From an uncultured archaeon (GTDB lineage Archaea; Thermoplasmatota; Penumbrarchaeia; JASLWR01), in assembly GCA_964342815.1 (NCBI GenBank), contig CAYFHS010000006.1:32001-96000 (forward strand): a stretch of 64,000 nucleotides of DNA, read 5' to 3'. The notes beneath the pieces were generated by a model. That model did no database searches. It was not told the DNA's origin and saw only the letters and a program-made list of their open reading frames with translations. The stretch's first letter is position 1; the number at the start of each line of letters is the position of its first letter. The position numbers and the translations under genes were made by a program. This document shows, in pieces, positions 17,736-25,300 of this stretch.

Positions 17736-17930
17736 CGTGTAAAGCCGTCCCATTCTGGTTCAACTTTACCAAGAAGTCAGTCCAAATGTTCCTGACTTTA
17801 CGTGTAAAGCCGTCCCTTTTTGGTACGTCTTTACCAATAAGTCTGTCCAAATGTGCCTGACTTTACGTGTAAAGCCGTCCCATTCTGGCACGTCTTTACC
17901 AAGAAGTCAGTCCAAATGTTCCTGACTTTA
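17736..17930. repeat. Non-coding tandem repeat, 3 x 65 bp, each unit with two internal inverted repeats
   Basis: Units start at 17736, 17801, 17866 (cgtgtaaagccgtccc...cctgacttta); stems gtaaag/ctttac and aagtcag/ctgactt. Confidence 0.95.
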
Positions 17931-18015
17931 CTCATGAACTGCCCCTCGATCCTTTTCAACATGCTTGTCAAACTGCCGGATCCCATGGGAAATCCGTACA
18001 GGAATATGAACATTA

Positions 18016-19260
18016 CTATCTCGAGACCGGGGGTACTATTTCCTTCTTGCCCGGCACGTGTTCATAGCATATCATGGGGGGATCGGACACCGGACAGATG
18101 AAGGAGCAAATCATGCAGCTCACGCATTTTTCATCGTCAGGGATTGGTCTCCGTTTTCCCCCGTCCCAACCCAGGCACTGACCGCCGGCATCCCGGCAGA
18201 CGATATAGCACTGGCCGCACCCGATACACCGATCGAGGTCGTAACGGGCGACCCCCTGGTGATCCAGGTCGAAGGCATCCGTTGGGTGTATGTTGGGAAG
18301 TGCTTTTCCGACGAGTTCGGAAACGCTGTCGATGCCTTTCGAATCCATGAAATCGGAAAGCCCCTCTATCATGTCCTCCACTATCCCGTACCCGTAATGT
18401 ATGACGCCAGTGGTCATCTGGACCGTGGACGAACCGCAGAGTATATATTCAAGGGCATCCACCCACGTTTCGACACCGCCGAGGCCCGAAAGGGGCAGGC
18501 TAAGCTCTCTGCACTGGGCGAGCTGGGCTATGCAGCGAAGGCCGATGGGCTTCACCGCCGGTCCGGAGTATCCACTCATGGCGCTCTTTCCGGCCACGTT
18601 GGGATGTGGTATGAATGTATCGGGATCGATCCCCACCAGGGCACTCACAGTATTGATCGCCGAGATTCCATCCGCACCTCCCCTCTTTGCATAGAGAGCA
18701 GGCTCTGTGATATCGGTGATGTTGGGGGTCATCTTTGCTATGATGGGCAGTGAAGTGTTCTCCCGCACTATTCGGGTGAAGTTCTCAAGAAGTTCGAAGG
18801 CCTGCCCCACCTTCATTCCCGAGCCCTCAACTGTCATGTGGGGACAGGAAAAGTTAAGCTCCAGCATGTCGGCGCCGGTCTCCTCCACCCCCCTTGCCAG
18901 CAGGCCCCACTCCTCCTCGGAGAAACCCATTATACTTACTATGACCGGATGATCTGGATAATGCCTCTTCAAGTAGCTTATGTCGGCCAGGTTGTCCTCG
19001 AAGCTTCGGTCAGATATCTGTTCCACGTTCTGGAGACCTACAAGCTTTCGAGATTCGTAATCGTATCCTGCCATTCGCGGTGATGGGTGAATTATCTTTG
19101 TCCTACCCGCATGTACGGTCTTGAAGACGGCCCCCCCAAAACCCTGATCGAAAGCTCTTGCCACCATTTCCGCTGTGTTAGATACCGGCGAGGACGATAG
19201 AAGGAAGGGATTGGGAAACTGAACCCCACACATCTCGATACTCAAATCCTTTCCTGTCAT
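18016..19260 (-). CDS. preA: NAD-dependent dihydropyrimidine dehydrogenase subunit PreA
   Basis: FPNPFLLSSSP, GLQNVEQIS, ELNFSCPH, AKMTPNITDI, AINT, GYSGPAVKPI; C-terminal 2x[4Fe-4S] CIGCGQC and CVSCMICSFICP. Confidence 0.93.
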   Translation of the reverse strand: MTGKDLSIEMCGVQFPNPFLLSSSPVSNTAEMVARAFDQGFGGAVFKTVHAGRTKIIHPSPRMAGYDYESRKLVGLQNVEQISDRSFEDNLADISYLKRHYPDHPVIVSIMGFSEEEWGLLARGVEETGADMLELNFSCPHMTVEGSGMKVGQAFELLENFTRIVRENTSLPIIAKMTPNITDITEPALYAKRGGADGISAINTVSALVGIDPDTFIPHPNVAGKSAMSGYSGPAVKPIGLRCIAQLAQCRELSLPLSGLGGVETWVDALEYILCGSSTVQMTTGVIHYGYGIVEDMIEGLSDFMDSKGIDSVSELVGKALPNIHPTDAFDLDHQGVARYDLDRCIGCGQCYIVCRDAGGQCLGWDGGKRRPIPDDEKCVSCMICSFICPVSDPPMICYEHVPGKKEIVPPVSR

Positions 19261-20597
19261 TCAAACGCACCTCCTGCGGATTTATTTTCCTCAAGCATCT
19301 TCATTATACATTCGGCGGCTGTCTTGCCGTCCTGCACCGCCTGAACGATAAGAGCCGGTCCCCTTGCGGCATCCCCTCCGACGAATATCCTTTTATGGGT
19401 CGTTGAAACTCCATCATCGCCGGTCTTTACTAGGCCGTTTGGCAGATTTTCGACCAACTCGGAAAGCCCCTTGTTGCCCTCCTCGGACCTCATACCGATA
19501 GCCTTGACAAAAAAATCCACATTCAGACGGTATTCGGTCCCGGGAACGGTCACGAGATTCGCCGCAGAATGATCATCAGGGTTCTTCCAGTCTGTCTCGC
19601 AGCCCTTAAGACCGGTTAGCCTGCCGTCCTCGCCTATCAGCTCCGTGACAATACTCTGAGTGCGCAACGTAATGTTGTGGGAAAGGGCCAAATCGAGATC
19701 CTCCTCGTCTGCAGGCATCTCCCGGAGGCTGCGGCGGTAAATGACATAAACCTTGTTAGCGCCCAGGGTTGCACAAGTAGTGGCCGCGTCCATGGCAACG
19801 GAACCGCCTCCCACCACCGCAACGTTCTTGCCACGTATCTTTGATCCCAGTTCGACGTTCCTTCCCGATCTCATGCCCTCAAGGAACTTCTGCGAATCGG
19901 TAACGTTCACAAGATCGCTTCCCGGGATGTCCAATCGCGCAGGATTCCAAGTGCCTATTCCCATGAAGACGGCTTCGAATCCTTCCGAGAGGAGCCTGTC
20001 GGCCTCCCCCCTCTCGATCCTGCTTCTGGTTTTCAATTCCACTCCCAGGGTAAGAACGTCCTCAAGTTCACGTTCCACGAATTCCGTGTTCATGCGAAAT
20101 TCCGGCACGCCGTACCTTAGGACACCTCCCGCCTTCTCCCTCCCCTCGAATATAGTAATGCCGTACCCGTTCTTGGCCAGCTCGGCAGCACAGGCGAGGC
20201 CAGCAGGGCCGGAGCCGATGACTGCAATTTGTCCCTTCCCAGATCCCTTTTTCTTAATAGCATCAAATCCGGTCTCCCAGCCATATTCCACCAGGAACCT
20301 CTGGATCTTGCCGATTTCAATGGGACGGTCTATACCGGTGGCGCTGCACCCTTTCATACATAGTCTTTCCGTAGGACAGAGTGCGCCGCATATCCCTCCG
20401 AGTATGTTGTTGTTCTTTATGGTCCTTACTGCTCCCTTTATGTTCTTGAGCTTCAGTTTTCTAATGAATGTGCCCGGGTCCGTACCCGCAGGGCAGTCCC
20501 GGCTGCAGGGCGGCTCGTGGCAGTTCAGGCACCGGGACGCTTCGGAGATCGCTTGAAGAACACCATATGCCTTCTTATTACGTTCCAACCCGTTCAT
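19257..20597 (-). CDS. preT: Dihydropyrimidine dehydrogenase subunit PreT (GltD-like FAD/NAD oxidoreductase)
   Basis: EASRCLNCHEPPCSRDCP, CGALCPTERLC, IGSGPAGL, GGVLRYGVPEFR, VVGGGSVAMD, FVGGD; 4-bp overlap with preA. Confidence 0.9.
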   Translation of the reverse strand: MNGLERNKKAYGVLQAISEASRCLNCHEPPCSRDCPAGTDPGTFIRKLKLKNIKGAVRTIKNNNILGGICGALCPTERLCMKGCSATGIDRPIEIGKIQRFLVEYGWETGFDAIKKKGSGKGQIAVIGSGPAGLACAAELAKNGYGITIFEGREKAGGVLRYGVPEFRMNTEFVERELEDVLTLGVELKTRSRIERGEADRLLSEGFEAVFMGIGTWNPARLDIPGSDLVNVTDSQKFLEGMRSGRNVELGSKIRGKNVAVVGGGSVAMDAATTCATLGANKVYVIYRRSLREMPADEEDLDLALSHNITLRTQSIVTELIGEDGRLTGLKGCETDWKNPDDHSAANLVTVPGTEYRLNVDFFVKAIGMRSEEGNKGLSELVENLPNGLVKTGDDGVSTTHKRIFVGGDAARGPALIVQAVQDGKTAAECIMKMLEENKSAGGAFE

Positions 20598-20599
20598 AT

Positions 20600-21928
20600 C
20601 TAACCCTCCATCACCCTGAAAGCGTCATCCATAATCTCAAGGGATCTGTCTATCTGATCCATGGTCAATACCAATGGCGGCTGTATTCGGATAACATTTG
20701 CCAAAAGTCCCCCTAGTCCCAGAAGTAATCCGTTGTCCTTGCAAATTTCCATGAACTTCTTTGCTTCGGCCGTCCCGGGCGTCTTTTTCTCACGATCGCT
20801 AACCAGCTCAAACCCGATCATGAGTCCTTTTCCCCTGATATCACCGATCAATGCATGTTCCTCCATCATTTCATTGAGGCGCCGCTTGTAATAATTGCCC
20901 TTGGCCAGGGCTCCTTCCTGAAGGTTTTCCTTCTCTATTATCTCAAGATTGGAGAGCCCTGCTACCATGGCCAGCGGATTTCCGCCGAAGGTGGAGAACA
21001 GGTCTTTGGGCATGAGACAGTCGGATATTTCTTCGGAGGTAATAAGTGCCCCCATTGCAAAACCCGAACCAATGCCTTTTGCCATAGTCATCATGTCCGG
21101 TTTAACCCCCCAGTTCTCGATCCCCCAGAAATGCTTTCCGGTTCTTCCGAAACCGGTCTGTACCTCATCGCTAATAAAGAGCCCGTCGTATTTATGGACG
21201 ATCTCAGCCAGTATTGGAAAGAAATCCGGTACCGGCTCCGTAATACCCCCCACGCCCTGAAGTGGCTCGGCCAGCAGGGCCGCGACCCTCTTTGGCGTCT
21301 GACACCTTATTACCTTATCGGCGAACCACGCACATTCCATATCACACGTTTCGGGGTCCTTTCCGAAGTCACACCTGTAACAGTAACAGTTCGGCGTTCC
21401 TATGGTACCGGTGGCGTAGGTCATGTTTTGCCGCCAGGTGCCCTGGTTGGTAAGGCTCATGGCCATAAGCGTCCTCCCGTGAAAAGCTTCCAGCAGGGAG
21501 ACCACAAAATTGCAGTTGGTGTATTTTTTAGCAAGATGCAGTGCCGCTTCGTTCGCTTCGCTGCCCGAATTAACGAAAAAACATTTCTCTAAGCCTTCGG
21601 GGGAAATGGAAGCCAGTTTCTTGGCATATAGAGCCATGGGTATGGTAGGATAAAGCGTAGTGGTGTGCATCAAAAGGTCGAGTTGTTTTTTCAGGGCTTT
21701 GGTCATCGTGGGATGGCAGTGCCCCGAGTGAACGGTGCAGACACCTGCGAAAAGATCGATGTATGATTTACCTTCGCAGTCGAAGAGGATCGCTCCCTCA
21801 CCCTTGACGAATAATTTTGGTTCAGCATAGTAATGACCCACTGCGGGAACAAGGTGTTTTTTCTCTATTTCCAGTATGTCTTCTGTGGAGAATTTGCTTA
21901 AATTGAAAAGGTCTTCAAATTCACTCAT
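20600..21928 (-). CDS. Class III PLP aminotransferase (AGXT2-like); putative beta-alanine aminotransferase
   Basis: YIDLFAGVCTVHSGHCHP, FVNSGSEANE, FHGRT, AEPLQGVGG, DEVQTGFGRTG, TMAKGIG, TFGGNP; operon context. Confidence 0.88.
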   Translation of the reverse strand: MSEFEDLFNLSKFSTEDILEIEKKHLVPAVGHYYAEPKLFVKGEGAILFDCEGKSYIDLFAGVCTVHSGHCHPTMTKALKKQLDLLMHTTTLYPTIPMALYAKKLASISPEGLEKCFFVNSGSEANEAALHLAKKYTNCNFVVSLLEAFHGRTLMAMSLTNQGTWRQNMTYATGTIGTPNCYCYRCDFGKDPETCDMECAWFADKVIRCQTPKRVAALLAEPLQGVGGITEPVPDFFPILAEIVHKYDGLFISDEVQTGFGRTGKHFWGIENWGVKPDMMTMAKGIGSGFAMGALITSEEISDCLMPKDLFSTFGGNPLAMVAGLSNLEIIEKENLQEGALAKGNYYKRRLNEMMEEHALIGDIRGKGLMIGFELVSDREKKTPGTAEAKKFMEICKDNGLLLGLGGLLANVIRIQPPLVLTMDQIDRSLEIMDDAFRVMEG

Positions 21929-21983
21929 GATTATTTCACCTCACATATGTGGTAATTTATTTGCCCCTGGGAACCGTTGAAGA

Positions 21984-22853
21984 TCAGAGTTCTAAGAGGT
22001 CGTCGTACATTTCCGGCCGTCTGTCCCTGAAGAACTGCCATATGTTTCGCACCTCGTCGATCATGTCGAAATCCAGAGCGGCTGCAATGATCTCATCCTT
22101 GTCTCTGCTTCCTTCAGCAACAATCTGGCCTCGGGGGTCGCAGAAATAACTGGTACCGTAGAATTCACCGATGTTCCATGGTGCTTCAAATCCCACTCTG
22201 TTTATGGCACCGACGAAATACCCGTTGGCCACAGCATGGGCAGGCTGTTCCAGTTTCCAAAGATACTCGGAAAGTCCGGCAACTGTAGCAGAGGGGTTGA
22301 AAATAATCTCCGCTCCGTTCAATGCCAGTGCCCTTGCTCCTTCAGGGAAATGACGGTCGTAGCAGATGTATACCCCTACGTCAGCATATTCGGTCTCGAA
22401 CACTGGATACCCAAAATTCCCAGGTCGGAAATAATACTTTTCGAAAAATCCAGGCAGTACATGTGGTATGTGTGTCTTTCGATATTTTCCAAGGTAGGTT
22501 CCGTCGGCATCGATAACCGCGGCGGTATTATAATAGAAACCTGACATTTCCTTTTCATAAATAGGAACTATGAGGACCATGTGGTGCTTCTCTGCTAGAT
22601 CCATCATGGCTTCCGTGGTGGGACCGTCGGGTATCGGTTCTGCCATGTCATACCATTTTGGTCTCTGTTCGGCGGCGAAATAGGGCCCGTTGAACAGTTC
22701 CTGGAGACATAGTATCTTCACGCCCTTGGATGCGGCTTCTCCTATCAATTTCACATGCTTTTCCATCATGTAGCTCTTTATCTCGTCTACGGGAAGGTCG
22801 GTAGAAATATCGGCCTTGGCCTGTATCAATCCACATTTTACTATTCTTGACAT
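21984..22853 (-). CDS. Nitrilase-family beta-ureidopropionase (N-carbamoyl-beta-alanine amidohydrolase)
   Basis: Glu-Lys-Cys triad motifs CLQELF, KYRKTHIP, ICYDRHFPEG; FFRDRRPEMY tail; start refined to MSRIVK at 22853 by GGTGA RBS (ORF track begins 22883). Confidence 0.88.
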   Translation of the reverse strand: MSRIVKCGLIQAKADISTDLPVDEIKSYMMEKHVKLIGEAASKGVKILCLQELFNGPYFAAEQRPKWYDMAEPIPDGPTTEAMMDLAEKHHMVLIVPIYEKEMSGFYYNTAAVIDADGTYLGKYRKTHIPHVLPGFFEKYYFRPGNFGYPVFETEYADVGVYICYDRHFPEGARALALNGAEIIFNPSATVAGLSEYLWKLEQPAHAVANGYFVGAINRVGFEAPWNIGEFYGTSYFCDPRGQIVAEGSRDKDEIIAAALDFDMIDEVRNIWQFFRDRRPEMYDDLLEL

Positions 22854-22883
22854 GTTATTCACCATTTTATATATATTCGGCAA

Positions 22884-22999
22884 TGTCGATATTGATGGAA
22901 ATATGCCAATCTTATTTAAATTATTAATATATCATATACTTACTTGGACAAATTTCATACGGTATTGTTGAATCCAATGTTAAAGGCAGGGAGCTTCTG
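22884..22999. promoter_or_regulatory. Divergent promoter region (pyrimidine operon / sirtuin)
   Basis: AT-rich core cttatttaaattattaatatatcatatact with TATA-like boxes readable on both strands. Confidence 0.45.
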
Positions 23000-23788
23000 A
23001 TGGATTACGCGGAAAAAATCCGAAAAGCCATTGAATGGATCGTCGGATCGAACCGTCTTGTGATATTCACCGGCGCAGGGGTAAGTACGGAGTCTGGCCT
23101 CCCGGATTACCGCGGTCCCCATGGGGTATGGACCAGAAGGGACAAGGGATTGGCTCCGCCGAAGTCCAAAAACATGGATGAGGTCCATCCCAATCGGACC
23201 CATTATTCCCTGGTCGAGCTTTTGGGATTGGGGAAACTCAATTTTCTCATATCCCAGAACGTGGACAACCTGCATCTTGCTTCCGGAATACCCCCGGATA
23301 TGATCGCCGAGCTGCATGGAAATCACGCGTTGATGAAGTGCATGGATTGCGACCATCGCCTATCTTTCAGCAAAGCAGGATGGGATAAAGGTACCTGGGG
23401 ACAGGGGTATCGTACGCAAAAATCACGCTTGGGACAACCCCAATGTCCGAGGTGCAGCGGCCGGCTAATATCCAGTGTGGTGAATTTTGGAGACCCCATG
23501 CCTGAAAAAGAGATTTCCATATCAATGGAAAGGTCGAGAACCTGCGACGTCTTTATTGTCATTGGCTCTTCTCTAGTTGTTAGTCCGGCAGCTAATATGC
23601 CTGCACTGGCTCTCGAGAACGGCGCGAAATTGATCATTATTAATCAGGGTGAGACTCCTTACGACCACTTGGCCGAATTAAGGTTCTGGGAGAACGCCGG
23701 CTCTGTGATGGAAGATATAGTCAATGGATTGAAGAGAATTGTTCAGCAAAAGAGCAAATCCTATAATGTCAATAGAGCGAACAAGTAA
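23000..23788 (+). CDS. Sir2-family NAD-dependent deacylase, class IV (SIRT6-like)
   Basis: [35 protein letters not shown], CxxC...CxxC, GSSL, IIIN. Confidence 0.93.
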   Translation: [262 protein letters not shown]

Positions 23789-24256
23789 AGAAAATAAAGA
23801 GGGCCGATGACCCCCAAGGCAAACATCGGCCCGATAGAAAAATAATAATATCAAGCATACAGAGGAAGAGGGCCTGGTGCCCTCAGGGTCGGTGTGAGCC
23901 GACCTTATTTGTGCGAATAATATTGGTGAAACACTATTTGACGAGGCAGATGTTCCGCTAGAGCCACATCAGTCTTGAAATCTATTAGGCTAAATGAAAA
24001 GGCAGTTCCCCATCAAATCCTTTTCGAGGTTCGCCTGTTTGACAATATCCAAGAGAAAAGCACTTTGGCGTACCCAGATATGAATATATCGTACATAGCA
24101 GAATGAAATGAGTGGATGGCTGTTCAACGACAGACTAGTGAATTCCTTTTGACACTGTGGCGAGTTTATTTGAATACCACGTTTTACGAAATCAATAGTT
24201 ATAGTCCTAAGAATTTAAGTAACATAATCCAATATAAAGAAATTGAGGGGTATATT

Positions 24257-24838
24257 ATGTCACTCGTTACAATAGTATTTATTATTTTGTTGCTTATATT
24301 AAATGCTTGTCTAATAGGATTAATAATCTATTTTTGGAAAAATTTATCAGTCATAAAAGCAGAAAATAAAACACTTAAGGATAACCAATGGGAAATAAAG
24401 CAAGAATTTGAAAAAAATAAACTGATCGAAATTGAAAGAATAAAACAAACATGGGATGCTCAAAAACAAAATGAAATTGCGAACATAGTTGCACAGACAA
24501 GACAAGATACAAGCAATCGTTCAAGAGCAGCATTAAAAGGTAGAATTGGAGAACAAATGGCTCCACTAATGACAGAATTTTATTCGAAATACGAGTTATC
24601 TGATGCAAGGTTTATTGGAGAACCAATAGATTATATAATCTTTAAGAATTTATCTAAATACAAGTCCGAGAGAGAAAACAAAATTCCCCCGGACCAACGT
24701 TCACAAATTGAGATTATAATTGCTGACGTAAAGACTGGTAAAGCATATCTTAGTCAAGAACAAAGAAGAATTCGAGATGCTATATTATGTAAAAGAGTAA
24801 ATTGGGATATAATTCGTTTAACAATACCAGACGATTAA
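24257..24838 (+). CDS. Membrane-anchored Holliday-junction-resolvase-like PD-(D/E)xK endonuclease (Endonuc_Holl / COG4741-like)
   Basis: N-terminal TM, coiled coil, SRAALKGRIGEQMAP, ARFIGEPIDYIIF, DVKTG, LSQEQRRIRDAI; start refined to 24257 by GAGGGG RBS (ORF track begins 24116). Confidence 0.85.
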   Translation: MSLVTIVFIILLLILNACLIGLIIYFWKNLSVIKAENKTLKDNQWEIKQEFEKNKLIEIERIKQTWDAQKQNEIANIVAQTRQDTSNRSRAALKGRIGEQMAPLMTEFYSKYELSDARFIGEPIDYIIFKNLSKYKSERENKIPPDQRSQIEIIIADVKTGKAYLSQEQRRIRDAILCKRVNWDIIRLTIPDD

Positions 24839-24901
24839 AATGTGAGTACAGTTAACTAACAATTATTTGCCCATTGACTTCACGTAACTCTCTTGGCTTC
24901 T

Positions 24902-25128
24902 GAAGTTTCCGAGGGGCCGTTGCATCTCGGATTCAACGGAGTAAAAAGGGCACACTTGCCGATACTGAAAACTTCCTTTCTGGAACGTTTTTGTATTTTC
25001 TCACAGCTATGCTCGAAAATAACACAGGGGCAATGCCCCGGAGCGGAGTTAGCGCCACCCCTCCTCTATCTTTTCGATATTATTTTTGGGTCAGGCCTGC
25101 GTTGGCCTTAGGGGCCGCAGGCCCTTTT
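24902..25128. repeat. Intergenic hairpin cluster, possibly a degenerate member of the palindromic element family
   Basis: ccgttg/caacgg, ggca/tgcc followed by GA, ggggc-aat-gcccc (25027-39), ggcctgcg/cgcaggcc (25094-25123) followed by a T run. Confidence 0.45.
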
Positions 25129-25300
25129 TGGATAAGAAGAAAGAGATTATAAAAACAAAAGCGGTGAAAGTAATCCACCAATATATTTATCCATAAGATG
25201 TATTATAGTTGTCAATATTTCCGTTAGCTTTATTATAGAAAAAAGACGATGTTATTCAAAGTACAAATTTCAAGTTTTATACCTCTAGAACGGTGATCAC

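Noticed and set aside
17736-17930. CRISPR array interpretation of the 65-bp repeat
   Set aside because: Units are contiguous and similar over their full length, with no unique spacers and no cas genes in the window.
23830-24115. Small minus-strand ORF or transposase remnant
   Set aside because: The frames I translated give only short peptides (27-30 aa) with no recognisable motif.
24116-24256. Longer start for the nuclease gene
   Set aside because: ATG 24257 has a GAGGGG RBS and directly precedes the TM helix.
24838-24900. Integron attC site after the low-GC gene
   Set aside because: gttaactaac does not fit RYYYAAC/GTTRRRY with a complementary partner, and there is no integrase.
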